From positions 50,566 through 114,565 of the forward strand of contig NZBE01000019.1 of the NCBI GenBank assembly GCA_002687745.1: a stretch of DNA of 64,000 nucleotides. The letters run 5' to 3'. This DNA is from Acidimicrobiaceae bacterium (GTDB lineage Bacteria; Actinomycetota; Acidimicrobiia; Acidimicrobiales; MedAcidi-G1). Made by a program: the position numbers and the translations under genes. Of the stretch, positions 8,244 to 18,136 are shown piece after piece; positions within the stretch are counted from its first letter, which is position 1; the number at the start of each line of letters is the position of its first letter. The notes beneath the pieces were generated by a model. It saw only the letters and a list, made by a program, of their open reading frames with translations, had not been told where the DNA came from and did not search any database.

Positions 8244-10660
8244 GCGCTGGTCACCGGAATGAGGACCCGGCCGTCGTCTCGGGCCGTGACATGCAGCCTG
8301 TTGCCGACCTTGACAGGTTCGTAGAGGGTGGTGCGCTGCTCGAGTGACCTGCCGAGGGGCGCGACGAGAGCCCTCATCTGTGGCTCGGTCATCACCTGAC
8401 CGTGTTCAGCGCCGGCTGCGCGGGAGATGTTCTCGTCCACGAGCGTGCCACCAAGGTCGTTGGCACCGGCCTGCAGCAGCTGTTGGACACCGGCGCTGCC
8501 TATCTTCACCCAGGAGGCCTGGATGTTGGGAATGAGCCCACCGTACGCAATGCGTGCCACGGCATGGACCAGAAGCGTCTCACGGAAGGTTGGCCCGCGT
8601 CGGGCCCGGTGCTGCAGGTAGATGGGTGACGCCATGTGCACGAACGGCAGACCTACGAACTCGGTGAAACCCCCGGTCTCCTTCTGGAGGTCCCGGCACA
8701 GCAGCAGGTGCCGAACCCAGTGCTCGGGCCGTTCGACGGCCCCGAACATCATCGTCACGTTCGATGCCAGACCGACCCCGTGGGCAGCCCGGTGGGCATC
8801 CAGCCATTCATCGGTGGAGATCTTGTCGGGGCAGAGAACCTCTCGGACGTCGTCGTCGAGAATCTCGGCGGCGGTTCCGGGCAGCGATCTCAGTCCGGCG
8901 TCCATCAGGCGTCGCAGGTAACCGGTCAGGGGCTCCCCGAGACGGCGTGCGCCCTCGGTCACCTCGAGGGCGGTGAACCCGTGGACGTGTATGTCCGGTA
9001 CCGCCTGGCGGACGGCACGGGTGACATCCACGTAGTAGTCGCCGTCGAAGTCCGGGTGGATTCCGCCCTGCAGGCAGACCTCGGTGGCTCCCATTCGTGC
9101 TCCGTCGGCGGCCCTCGCGGCGATTTCCGATATCTCCAGGAGGTATGGGGTTCCCCGAAGGTCCAGGGACATGGGCCCCTTGGAGAACCCGCAGAACCGG
9201 CACTTGTAGGTGCAGATGTTGGTGTAGTTGATGTTGCGGTTTGCCACGAAGGTCACCGCGTCACCGTTGATCGTGCGCCGCAGGTCGTCGGCGACCTCAG
9301 CTACCGCCCTCACCTCGGCACCCCTTGCCGAGAACAGGGTTACGAGCTCGTCGTGACCGGGTTCCTGGCCATCCATCACGCCATCGAGCACCTCTGCAAC
9401 ACGACCGGTGCAGCTTCGTGCTCCGGGGAGGATCGTGACAGGCGGGTTGGCGGCTCCCGAGTACCAGGCAGTTGAAGTGGAACTGAGCCGGCGTACCGGT
9501 GGACCGTCGCCGTCGGTGGCCTCCTCGAAGACCTCCGGGAAGACGGCCCCGGGGTCGTCGCGTGCCAGCGACTCCGAGTCGCTTCGGTCCAATACGGGGA
9601 AGTGGAGGTCGTCGTGAAGCCAGCGGTCGGGGCAGGAGGCAAACTCGGGGTAGATGGTCAGGCGTGGAGCCAGAACGTGTCCGTGCCTCTCGGTCTCAAC
9701 GCTGAGTGGCTCGAGGCCGGGCCATGGGCGCTCCGGGTTCACGTGGTCAGCGGTAACCGGCGAAACGCCACCCCAGTCGTCGATCCCTGCCGAGATCAGG
9801 TCGCCGAAGCTGTCAGACAGGTTGGGTGGGGCCTGCAGGTGAATCTCGGGAGGTAGGAGAAGGCGCGCCAGGGCGATCGTGTCCAGGTACTCGTTGCGGT
9901 CACAGGGCGCCCAGTCGTGCATTGCAGTCCCGGGCTTCGGCAGGAAGTTCTGGACAATGACCTCCTGAACATGGCCGTGTCGCCCATGGGACTCCGCAAT
10001 GGCCTGAAGCGTGCGGACACGGGAGGGCATGTCCTCTCCTATGCCAACCAGGAGACCTGTCGTGAACGGGATAGAGAGGCGGCCGGCAGCCTCGAGGGTG
10101 TCGAGGCGTCGCTGCGGCTCCTTGTCGGGACAGCCCCTGTGGCAGGCCAGGTCGGGATCGAGGGATTCGAGCATCATGCCCTGGGACGCAGAGACACCCC
10201 GGAGGGTCAGCAACTCGTCGGGGGTGAGTGCTCCGGCGTTCGCATGCGGAAGCAGCCCCGTCTCGTTGAGCACCAGTCGGGCCATCTCGGCCAGGTACTC
10301 AACGGTGGAGGAGAAGCCATGCCCGGAGAGCCATTCAGACGCCACCGGATAGCGGGATTCGGGGCTCTCACCGAGTGTGAACAGGGCCTCATGGCAACCT
10401 ACGGCGGCCCCCGACCTGGCAATCTCGAGAACCTGCTCAGGGTCGAGGTAGGGGGACTCCAGGCGTGCGGGTGGGCGGGCGAAGGTGCAGTAGCCGCAGC
10501 GGTCCCTGCACAGCATCGTCAGGGGTATGAAGACCTTCGGGCTGAACGTGATGCGGTTGCCGTGATGGCGGTCGCGTACAGCGCGTGCAGCCTCTCGGAG
10601 GTCCTCGCCGCGCATGTCCGCGTGTGAGGGTTCAACAGGCCGGGATGACACTGATTCCAC
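8240..10660 (-). CDS. fbiC: FO synthase, fused CofG/CofH (F420 biosynthesis)
   Basis: 806 aa with two radical-SAM CxxxCxxC motifs: CRDRCGYCTF in the N-terminal half and CTYKCRFCGF in the C-terminal half. Confidence 0.92.
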   Translation of the reverse strand: MESVSSRPVEPSHADMRGEDLREAARAVRDRHHGNRITFSPKVFIPLTMLCRDRCGYCTFARPPARLESPYLDPEQVLEIARSGAAVGCHEALFTLGESPESRYPVASEWLSGHGFSSTVEYLAEMARLVLNETGLLPHANAGALTPDELLTLRGVSASQGMMLESLDPDLACHRGCPDKEPQRRLDTLEAAGRLSIPFTTGLLVGIGEDMPSRVRTLQAIAESHGRHGHVQEVIVQNFLPKPGTAMHDWAPCDRNEYLDTIALARLLLPPEIHLQAPPNLSDSFGDLISAGIDDWGGVSPVTADHVNPERPWPGLEPLSVETERHGHVLAPRLTIYPEFASCPDRWLHDDLHFPVLDRSDSESLARDDPGAVFPEVFEEATDGDGPPVRRLSSTSTAWYSGAANPPVTILPGARSCTGRVAEVLDGVMDGQEPGHDELVTLFSARGAEVRAVAEVADDLRRTINGDAVTFVANRNINYTNICTYKCRFCGFSKGPMSLDLRGTPYLLEISEIAARAADGARMGATEVCLQGGIHPDFDGDYYVDVTRAVRQAVPDIHVHGFTALEVTEGARRLGEPLTGYLRRLMDAGLRSLPGTAAEILDDDVREVLCPDKISTDEWLDAHRAAHGVGLASNVTMMFGAVERPEHWVRHLLLCRDLQKETGGFTEFVGLPFVHMASPIYLQHRARRGPTFRETLLVHAVARIAYGGLIPNIQASWVKIGSAGVQQLLQAGANDLGGTLVDENISRAAGAEHGQVMTEPQMRALVAPLGRSLEQRTTLYEPVKVGNRLHVTARDDGRVLIPVTSA

Positions 10661-10687
10661 TCCGGCAAACTAGCAGTCGGAACTGTC

Positions 10688-10710
10688 TGCAGGCCTACCG
10701 GCTGCCTGCA
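10688..10710 (-). terminator. Hairpin just downstream of the tal stop
   Basis: TGCAGGC-N9-GCCTGCA, a 7-bp stem starting 3 nt after the tal stop codon. No U-tract. Confidence 0.3.
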
Positions 10711-10712
10711 CC

Positions 10713-11801
10713 TCAGAGGGCGGCGGCCTTGTCGGCCAGGCTCACGAGCAGGTCGTCGAAGGATCTGATGAAGGCATCGACGCCCTCAGTCTCGAGCTGG
10801 TCGGCGACGTCGTCGAGGTCGATGCCGACACCGGTCAGCGCCGCAAGGACATCTCTCCCGGCTGCCGGTTCAAGGTCGATGGTCCGCTCTACTGTGCCGT
10901 GGTCCTCGAATGCCTCGAGCGTGGCGTCCGGGATCGTGTTGACCGTGTCGGGCCCGATGAGGGAATCCACGTACAGGGTGTCGGGGTAGTCGGGGTTCTT
11001 GGTGGAGGTTGAGGCCCACAGCGGCCTCTGGACCCGGGCCCCACGTCTGGCGAGCGCCTCCCAGCGAGGACCGCTGAAGGTGTTGCGGAACAGGTCGTAG
11101 GCGGCACGACCCTGTGCCACGGCGCCCTTGCCCCGCAGGGCGAGCGCCGCCGGTGTGCCGATCGCCTCAAGGCGGCGGTCGACCTCGGTCTCGGTACGGC
11201 TGATGAAGAACGACGCCACCGAGGCCAACCCGGAAAGGTCCCCCGGACAGGCCTCGAGGCCTGCGATGTAGGCCTCCATGACCGCCGCATAGCGATCGAG
11301 CGAGAAGATGAGGGTCACGTTGACACTCCGGCCCTCGGAGATCATCTGGCGAATCGACGGCATGCCCTCCACGGTGGCGGGGATCTTCACCAGAAGGTTC
11401 GGCCTGGCGATCCGGTCGCTCAGGTCCCTGGCAGCAGCAGTGGTTCCCTCGGTATCGGTGGCCAGGGACGGATCGACCTCGACCGACACGTAGCCGTCGA
11501 TGCCGCCGGACTCCTCGTAGACCGGCATCAGGAGATCGAGGGCGGTCGTGATGTCGCTCGTGACGAGTTCCCAGTAGCTTTCCTCGATAGACCTGCCGTC
11601 GGCCTTCAGCGCAGCCAGTTGTTCGTCGTAGGCGTCGGTGTCCGACATGGCCTTCTGGAAGATCGAGGGGTTCGAGGTTATTCCGAGGACCCCGCGGTCA
11701 ACCCATGCCTGCATCTCACCTGATGTGAGCCAGCCGCGTCTGAGGTTGTCGAGCCAAGGGCTCTGCCCCTGCTCCCGGTAGAGGTCATGGAGTCTGGTCA
11801 T
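10713..11801 (-). CDS. tal: Transaldolase
   Basis: MTRLHDLYREQGQSPWLDNLRRGWL... is an actinobacterial-type transaldolase N-terminus. ATG 11801 has a GGAGA RBS. The ORF-track extension to 12077 overlaps tkt. Confidence 0.9.
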   Translation of the reverse strand: MTRLHDLYREQGQSPWLDNLRRGWLTSGEMQAWVDRGVLGITSNPSIFQKAMSDTDAYDEQLAALKADGRSIEESYWELVTSDITTALDLLMPVYEESGGIDGYVSVEVDPSLATDTEGTTAAARDLSDRIARPNLLVKIPATVEGMPSIRQMISEGRSVNVTLIFSLDRYAAVMEAYIAGLEACPGDLSGLASVASFFISRTETEVDRRLEAIGTPAALALRGKGAVAQGRAAYDLFRNTFSGPRWEALARRGARVQRPLWASTSTKNPDYPDTLYVDSLIGPDTVNTIPDATLEAFEDHGTVERTIDLEPAAGRDVLAALTGVGIDLDDVADQLETEGVDAFIRSFDDLLVSLADKAAAL

Positions 11802-11829
11802 TGGTCTCCTCTGGTGTCTGATGGAGGGC

Positions 11830-13800
11830 TCAGGCGCTGAGCAGATCCCGGGCAGCTTCGGCGACGGCCTCCGGTGTGATCCCGAGCCTGGCCATGACCT
11901 CGTCCCCCGGGGCGGATGCTCCGAACCTGTCGATTCCGACTGACCTGTCGGCCCACCTGGACCAGCCGAAGGTGACACCGGCCTCCACCGAGACAACCGG
12001 CACCGATGGCGGCAGGACCTCGTCATGGTAGGAATCGGTCTGAGCGGCAAACAGGTCGACGCTCGGCATGGAGACAACCCTCACGGCCAGCCCACCGGCT
12101 GTAAGGGTTGCCGCGGCATCGAGAGCGACGCTGACCTCGCTGCCCGTTCCGATTATGACCACGTCTGGGGGCGTGTCGGGGTCTGCGAGGACGTAGCCGC
12201 CCCTGGCGACGCTCTCGGGGTCGTCTGTGCCGACGAGGACGGGAACATCCTGCCGGGTGAGGAGCATCGCCACAGGTCCGCTGCCGTTGACCGTGTAGTG
12301 CCAGGCGGCAGCGGTTTCGTTCGCGTCAGCGGGCCGGAACACCGTGAGGTCCGGAATGGCCCTCAGCGAGGCGGCATGCTCCACTGGTTGGTGGGTCGGG
12401 CCGTCTTCTCCCACGCCTACGGAGTCATGGGTCCAGACAAAGACCGTTCGTGCGCCGCTCAGTGCGGCCAGCCGGACAGCACCGCGCATGTAGTCGCTGA
12501 ATACGAGGAACGTGCCACATACAGGAAGTGCTCCGCCGTGAAGGGCGAGCCCGTTGCAGATTGCGCCCATGGCGTGCTCGCGTACCCCGAAGAAGATCTG
12601 GCGGCCCTCGGGACAGTCGGCACCCTGCACTCCGTGTCCGCTGATAGTCGTACCCGTGTTGCCTGTCAGGTCGGCACCGCCGCCGATCAGGCCGGGTACG
12701 ACATCCAGCAGTGCCTCGAGGCAGGCGTTGCCGGCCTTGCGGGTTGCGACGGCCGAGCCGGCCTTCCACGTCGGAAGGCTTGTCTCCCAGCCATCGAGGC
12801 CGCTTCCGGCCTGGCAGGCGTTCCATTCGTCGAGGTCGATGTGCGCCGACTCCAGGCGTGCAGTCCATGCCTCGCGTTCACCGGCACCGCGGCTGCCGGC
12901 AAGGGTGTAGAAGCTGGCCACGTCGGGGGAGATCCAGAAGGACTCGTCTGCTGGAAGGCCCAGGAGTTCACGTGTCTCTGCGATGCCGTCGTCCCTGAGG
13001 GAGTAGCCGTGTACCGCGGATGTGTCGACATCGGGGGACGGACTGCCGATGTGGCTTCGGATGACCACAAGGGACGGACGGTCTGCCTCGCCCATGGCGT
13101 GTCGTATCGCCGCCTCGATGGCGTCGAGGTCCTCGGCAGCCTCGCCAATGTCGATCACGTGCCATCCGTAGGCCTCAAAGCGGGCAACGGCGTCATCGGA
13201 GAGGGCCAACTCGGTAGGACCGTCGATGGTGATGTGGTTGTCGTCGTAGACGACGACCAGGCGGCCGAGACCAAGGTGGCCGGCGAGAGATGCGGCCTCG
13301 TGGCTGATTCCCTCGGCGAGGTCGCCGTCACCGCATACGACGAAGGTGTGGTGATCGCACAGCTCGGGTCCGAACCGGGCCCTCAGGTTCCGTTCTGCCA
13401 TCGCCATGCCGACGGCATTGGCCAGGCCCTGGCCGAGGGGCCCCGTGGTGACCTCGACACCGGCGGTGTGGCCTACCTCGGGATGCCCGGGAGTTGCCGA
13501 TCCCCACTGGCGGAAGTTGCGGAGGTCGTCGAGGCTGAGGCCGTGGCCGGTCAGGTGGAGCATCGAGTAGAGCAGCATCGAGGCGTGCCCGGCGGAGAGG
13601 ATGAAGCGGTCCCGGTCGGCCCAGAGTGGTTCGGAGGCGTCGTAGGTCATGATCCGGGTCCAGAGGACGTGGGCCAGCGGTGCAAGTGCCATGGCCGTAC
13701 CCTGATGGCCGGAGCGTGCAGCGTGCGGCCCGTCCATGGCCAGGCCCTTGATCACGGCAACCGCCTGTTGCTCCAGCTCGGCATCGGTCATGTTCGTCAT
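11830..13800 (-). CDS. tkt: Transketolase
   Basis: 656 aa with ThDP-binding motifs (SGHQGTAMALAPL, GDGDLAEGISHEA). Classic tkt-tal order. Confidence 0.95.
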   Translation of the reverse strand: MTNMTDAELEQQAVAVIKGLAMDGPHAARSGHQGTAMALAPLAHVLWTRIMTYDASEPLWADRDRFILSAGHASMLLYSMLHLTGHGLSLDDLRNFRQWGSATPGHPEVGHTAGVEVTTGPLGQGLANAVGMAMAERNLRARFGPELCDHHTFVVCGDGDLAEGISHEAASLAGHLGLGRLVVVYDDNHITIDGPTELALSDDAVARFEAYGWHVIDIGEAAEDLDAIEAAIRHAMGEADRPSLVVIRSHIGSPSPDVDTSAVHGYSLRDDGIAETRELLGLPADESFWISPDVASFYTLAGSRGAGEREAWTARLESAHIDLDEWNACQAGSGLDGWETSLPTWKAGSAVATRKAGNACLEALLDVVPGLIGGGADLTGNTGTTISGHGVQGADCPEGRQIFFGVREHAMGAICNGLALHGGALPVCGTFLVFSDYMRGAVRLAALSGARTVFVWTHDSVGVGEDGPTHQPVEHAASLRAIPDLTVFRPADANETAAAWHYTVNGSGPVAMLLTRQDVPVLVGTDDPESVARGGYVLADPDTPPDVVIIGTGSEVSVALDAAATLTAGGLAVRVVSMPSVDLFAAQTDSYHDEVLPPSVPVVSVEAGVTFGWSRWADRSVGIDRFGASAPGDEVMARLGITPEAVAEAARDLLSA

Positions 13801-13912
13801 CAGGGCCCCTGCTCGACGTCAGCGCGGCGCCACCATATCTGTCTGCAGATCAGCTTTCGGGCACCAGGGGCGACCTGGATGCAGCGAGGCCCGGTCGACC
13901 CTGAGTGGTGCC

Positions 13913-15022
13913 TCATTGAGGCGACGAGGCTCCGAACAGGAGCCCACAGGCCGTGAAGCCATGGAGGTGGTGTGATCCACCCACCGGCCCGATCTCACCG
14001 GCGCAGAACATGCCGGCGACAGCTGTGGTGTCGAGGCCGTCACAGAACAACTCGGCATCGTGGGAGGGGCTCGAGAAGAACCTCTGCCCGCGGCCGTTGC
14101 AGGTGAACAGGAGGGCACTCTCAGCCCGGAGTGGTTGGAGCAGGGAGGCAAGCTCACTCGTGGCGACGGCGGGATCCCTGACATGGAACCGGGCGGTCTC
14201 GCCAACTGACACCGGGCCGGCAACGGCGACCCCTCCCGATGACCTGTCCGCGCCGACAACGTTTCGGACCAGGAAGTCGCCGGTTCCCGGCAGCGAGGAG
14301 CGCTCGTTGACAGCAATGCCGATCTGCAGGCCCTGTCTGATCAGGTCCCGATCCGTCTCTGGTGCAGTGGACAGAACCTCGTCGAGTCGCTCCAGGGCAG
14401 GCTGCCCACCCAGACCGAGGATGAGGTGCCGGGAGGCATCGGTAATGGTGTACGGCTCTCCGATGGGCCGGCATCCCTGGGAGACGAGGGGACGGATACC
14501 GAGGCCTTCAGGCAGCACGGCCATCACCGATCCGCCCGTCATGGTCTCGGCGTCGGCGATCAGCCGGTTGCCCCCTGGAGACCGAGCGTGTGAGGCCAGG
14601 CCGCCCACCATCACCACCTGCGGTGGCACCGAGGCCAGGACTGTCTCGGCCTCGAAGGTGTACGGGTCAGCGAGGGAGAGCACGGCCGAACCCGCCCGGA
14701 CAGCGGACAGGTCCTGTTGTGTTTCGGAGACGAGGATGTCCACGGGTCCTGTCTGTCCCGCCCACAGGACCACTGCCGGTACGTCCTCGACCTCCTGGCG
14801 CTGTGCGAGTACCGAGACGGCCGTGGCGCCGATCAGGTGACCGGGTTCGAGGCCCCGGCGGACGGTCCTGGCGATCAGCTCCACCTCGGCCACGTGGGAG
14901 CCGGAGACGAAGAGCACGGCAAGGCCCGGAGAGGTGCCGATCCGCTCAAGAATCTGGCCGATGACCTCAGCCACGGCAACTCGGGAATCGCCGTGTTCAG
15001 AAAGTGCCGTCGCGTAGCGCAT
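13913..15022 (-). CDS. FIST-domain (FIST_N + FIST_C) sensory protein, stand-alone
   Basis: 369 aa. The C-terminal LLFTCNGRGQRFF...FCAGEIGP pattern is typical of FIST_C. No output domain is present. Confidence 0.65.
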   Translation of the reverse strand: MRYATALSEHGDSRVAVAEVIGQILERIGTSPGLAVLFVSGSHVAEVELIARTVRRGLEPGHLIGATAVSVLAQRQEVEDVPAVVLWAGQTGPVDILVSETQQDLSAVRAGSAVLSLADPYTFEAETVLASVPPQVVMVGGLASHARSPGGNRLIADAETMTGGSVMAVLPEGLGIRPLVSQGCRPIGEPYTITDASRHLILGLGGQPALERLDEVLSTAPETDRDLIRQGLQIGIAVNERSSLPGTGDFLVRNVVGADRSSGGVAVAGPVSVGETARFHVRDPAVATSELASLLQPLRAESALLFTCNGRGQRFFSSPSHDAELFCDGLDTTAVAGMFCAGEIGPVGGSHHLHGFTACGLLFGASSPQ

Positions 15023-15062
15023 GGAACGAACCTAGGGGACACGCGCCGAGACCGGTTCACGG

Positions 15063-16538
15063 GTGCGCGACCAGTTCCCTGAGCGGGACCTACCATGGCG
15101 GGCCGTGATCAGGCGCATGCTGTTGCCCGTGTTGTTGGCGTCGGCCTTCCTGGCAGCGACATGGCAGGTGCGGGCCTCTGATGCCGCAGCCGACCGGCCA
15201 CCACAGCCGCCAATGTCGCCCCCGGCAGCGTCCCTTGCAACGCCGCTCATGTCGGTTCGGCGGATTCCTCTGTTCCTTCAGGCCCCGGAAGCCGACAGGC
15301 GTCTGGTGGCCGATCTCAGGGACGTGGTCTCCGGGCTTCCCGACAGAAGTTGTGTGGCTGTGACCGAGTTCGGTCGTCTCATCTACGGCTTCAACGAAGT
15401 GTCGCCGCTGATCCCTGCCAGCACCCAGAAGTTGATCCTGGGGCTGGCAGCCCTCGAGACCATGGGTGCCGACCATGTGTTCACCACCCGCGTCGTGAGC
15501 CGTATGCCTCCGGTGAACGGTGTTGTGGATGGGGATGTCTGGCTTGTCGGAGGTGGTGACCCGGTCATGATGACCGACGACTATGCGGACCGCTTCGACG
15601 ATGAGATGGCCTTCACGGACATGGAGCGTCTCGCCGACGAACTGGTCGGAGCCGGCGTGAGCTCAATCGCCGGGGCGGTAATCGGCGACGAGAGCCGTTT
15701 CGACTCCCTCCGCTACGTCGAGTCATGGCCAGAGCGTTTCAGGCCCGGTCAGCAGAACCAGGCAGGCCCCCTCAGCGCCCTTTCGGTGAACGACGGCTTC
15801 TCCTGGTGGCACGCCACGAAGACCGCCAACGGGCTCAACACCCCCGCAGGAGATCCGGCAGCATTCGCGGCGGCATTCTTCGACGATCTCCTCGAGGACC
15901 GGGACATGGTGATCAGGAGGTCAGCCCAGGCTGGAGTCGCACCACTCGATGCAGCTGTCGAGTTGGCCAGCATTGATTCTCCGCCGCTTGCCGACATCGT
16001 GATCCAGATGCTTGTCACATCCGACAACACAACGGCGGAACTCCTCTTGAAGAACCTGGGAGCGACCGTGAGCCCGCCAGGCTCCTCGGCTGCCGGAACC
16101 GGCGTGGTGCTCACCGCCCTGGGTGTCGCCGGCCACGACCTGAGCGGGGTCGTGGCCGCAGACGGTTCCGGCCTGGATCCCGCGAACCGGGTGACCTGCC
16201 GCATCCTGACAGCCGTTCTCGAGGATTCCGAGCACGGCCCCGACCTGGTGTCAGGCCTGGCAGTGGCGGGCCGCTCGGGAACCATGAGGCGTAGGCTGGT
16301 CGGGTCCTCTGCCGAGGGCCGTGCCAGGGCCAAGACCGGAACCCTCCGTGACGTCACGAGCCTTGCCGGACAGGTGGAGACCCTCGGGGGCAGAACCCTC
16401 TCGTTCGCAGTGCTCAGCAATGCTGAGCCACTTCCCGACAGGGTAAGGCACCTCCACGACCAGGTCGTCCTGAAGTTGGTGGCATATCCGTCCGGGCCTG
16501 GCCTTGGTCTGCTGGTGCCCCTGCCCGTTTTCGACTGA
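15063..16538 (+). CDS. dacB: D-alanyl-D-alanine carboxypeptidase/endopeptidase, PBP4 family (peptidase S13)
   Basis: SxxK (STQK), SxN (SDN) and KTG (KTGT) motifs, plus an N-terminal signal-like segment. The start could instead be ATG 15117. Confidence 0.85.
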   Translation: MRDQFPERDLPWRAVIRRMLLPVLLASAFLAATWQVRASDAAADRPPQPPMSPPAASLATPLMSVRRIPLFLQAPEADRRLVADLRDVVSGLPDRSCVAVTEFGRLIYGFNEVSPLIPASTQKLILGLAALETMGADHVFTTRVVSRMPPVNGVVDGDVWLVGGGDPVMMTDDYADRFDDEMAFTDMERLADELVGAGVSSIAGAVIGDESRFDSLRYVESWPERFRPGQQNQAGPLSALSVNDGFSWWHATKTANGLNTPAGDPAAFAAAFFDDLLEDRDMVIRRSAQAGVAPLDAAVELASIDSPPLADIVIQMLVTSDNTTAELLLKNLGATVSPPGSSAAGTGVVLTALGVAGHDLSGVVAADGSGLDPANRVTCRILTAVLEDSEHGPDLVSGLAVAGRSGTMRRRLVGSSAEGRARAKTGTLRDVTSLAGQVETLGGRTLSFAVLSNAEPLPDRVRHLHDQVVLKLVAYPSGPGLGLLVPLPVFD

Positions 16539-16595
16539 GCATCAACTGCGGCACGGGAGTAACACCGTTGACACCCGCTGTAGCGTTATCTGCAC

Positions 16596-16895
16596 ATGGA
16601 ACCGAAACGACCCTCCGGCGACCTGTTGGACCTGTTGCGTCGCTACCTGAGGGAGCAGACAGTCGACCCGCTCCGTGCGGCCGGTCGTTTTCTGCTCTTT
16701 GGGGTTAGTGGAGCGCTCTTGATCGGCGTCGGTGTCGTGATGTTGGCGGTCGGAGGACTGCGGCTGCTTCAGGGAACCGGGAGGCTGGACGGTTCCTGGT
16801 CTTGGGCCCCGTACCTTCTGGTGACTGCAGGACTCGGTTGCGTGGTGGCCCTGTCCGTCACAAGGATCGGAGGCGGCCGTGGGCTCGACAGTTGA
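16596..16895 (+). CDS. Small two-TM membrane protein (actinobacterial holin-X / DUF1469-like)
   Basis: 99 aa with two hydrophobic helices (FLLFGVSGALLIGVGVVMLAV; YLLVTAGLGCVVALSV). First gene of an overlapping chain. Confidence 0.5.
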   Translation: MEPKRPSGDLLDLLRRYLREQTVDPLRAAGRFLLFGVSGALLIGVGVVMLAVGGLRLLQGTGRLDGSWSWAPYLLVTAGLGCVVALSVTRIGGGRGLDS

Positions 16896-17094
16896 GGCGC
16901 CAGTTACCCGCGAGGACCTCGAGGATGAACTTCGACGGACCGTCGGCGGCGCAGGCGAGCAGGTCGAGTCCCGTAGACGCGGCATCGTGGCAGGCGTAGT
17001 GATCACCGGAGGCATTCTGCTGCTCGGCGCCTACCTGATCGGGCGGCGTATTGGCAGGGTCAGGTCAACCGTGGTGGAGATCCGACGGATCTGA
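16879..17094 (+). CDS. Small single-TM protein
   Basis: 71 aa with a charged N-terminus and one TM helix (IVAGVVITGGILLLGAYLIG). Overlaps both neighbouring ORFs. Confidence 0.45.
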   Translation: MGSTVEAPVTREDLEDELRRTVGGAGEQVESRRRGIVAGVVITGGILLLGAYLIGRRIGRVRSTVVEIRRI

Positions 17095-17366
17095 TGAGGC
17101 TGTCATCGCCGTCGGGCCTGACCGGCCGGCTACTGCGTCGCAGCCTCCTGGGGGGCGCACGCCGCTGGCAGCTTGTCCTGGTCGTCGTGTTGACAGGACG
17201 CCTCATCCGACGTGCAGCCAAGATCGGTAGTGCACCTGTTGCGTTCAGCCGGTCCCTGAAACCGGGCGATGGGGTCCTGATCTCACACCTGCCGATTCCG
17301 GACAGGTCCGAGGCGGCCCGGTTGGGGGCCACCGCGTCCGGGCGTCTGCCCAGTGACACCAGGTGA
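17094..17366 (+). CDS. Hypothetical Arg-rich protein
   Basis: 90 aa. TGATG overlap upstream and GTGA overlap downstream. Third-position GC is high in this frame by my count (about 78%). Confidence 0.35.
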   Translation: MRLSSPSGLTGRLLRRSLLGGARRWQLVLVVVLTGRLIRRAAKIGSAPVAFSRSLKPGDGVLISHLPIPDRSEAARLGATASGRLPSDTR

Positions 17367-18136
17367 GCCGCATGCTCGAGTCCGGGGACCAGGTGCTTCT
17401 GGTCGACAACAAGAAGAGGCGCTATCTGCTGACCCTCGAGGCCGGTGGCGAGTTTCACTCCCACACAGGGGTTCTCAGCCACGATGACCTGATCGGCTTC
17501 CCTGAAGGCGCTACACCGAAGTCGAGTCGCGGCAGTTCCTTCGTGGCCTTCAGGCCGACCCTGTCCGACTTCGTTCTCAAGATGCCCCGTGGTGCCCAGG
17601 TCATCTACCCAAAGGACCTGGGCCCGTTGCTCCTGATTGCCGACATCTTCCCCGGGGCGAAGGTATTCGAGTCTGGTGTCGGCTCAGGGGCACTGTCGAT
17701 GACGATGCTGCGGGCAGGAGCCGACATCACCGGCTACGACATCAGGGAAGAGTTCGTGGAGCGGGCTCGCTCGAATGTCCGGACCATGCTTGGTCGGGAG
17801 GCACTGGGGCGCTACAAGGTGGAGACACGCGACGCCTACGACGGAATCGACCTCGTCGGCCTGGACCGTGTGGTGCTGGATCTGCCAGAGCCGTGGCAGG
17901 TGGTACCCCATGCTGCGCAATCTCTGCAGGCTGGTGGAATTATCGTCGCCTACACGCCGAGCATCCTCCAGGCGGTCAGGTTCAGGGACGCCCTGGGCGC
18001 AAGCGGTTTCGAGTTCGCCGAGACGATCGAGGTCCTGAACCGAAGTTGGCACATCGACGGTCAGGCGGTGAGGCCCGACCATCGGATGGTCGCCCACACG
18101 GGCTTCCTCAGCCACGCGCGCCTGCTCGGGTCGTGA
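17363..18136 (+). CDS. trmI: tRNA (adenine58-N1)-methyltransferase TrmI
   Basis: SAM-binding VFESGVGSGALSMTMLRA. N-terminal domain LVDNKKRRYLLTLEAGGEFHSHTG. Same position relative to mpa as Rv2118c. The start may be ATG 17372. Confidence 0.88.
   Translation: MSRMLESGDQVLLVDNKKRRYLLTLEAGGEFHSHTGVLSHDDLIGFPEGATPKSSRGSSFVAFRPTLSDFVLKMPRGAQVIYPKDLGPLLLIADIFPGAKVFESGVGSGALSMTMLRAGADITGYDIREEFVERARSNVRTMLGREALGRYKVETRDAYDGIDLVGLDRVVLDLPEPWQVVPHAAQSLQAGGIIVAYTPSILQAVRFRDALGASGFEFAETIEVLNRSWHIDGQAVRPDHRMVAHTGFLSHARLLGS

Noticed and set aside
12025-13956. 643-aa ORF on the plus strand
   Set aside because: It is entirely antisense to transketolase, whose frame has unmistakable conserved motifs. The translation is Gly/Arg/Val-rich with no recognisable domain. 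Long stop-free antisense frames are expected at this GC content.
16568-16595. TTGACA hexamer upstream of the 16596 ORF as a sigma-70-type promoter for a leaderless mRNA
   Set aside because: The candidate -10 hexamers (TAGCGT, TTATCT, TATCTG) sit at spacers of 7, 12 and 13 nt, not 16-18.
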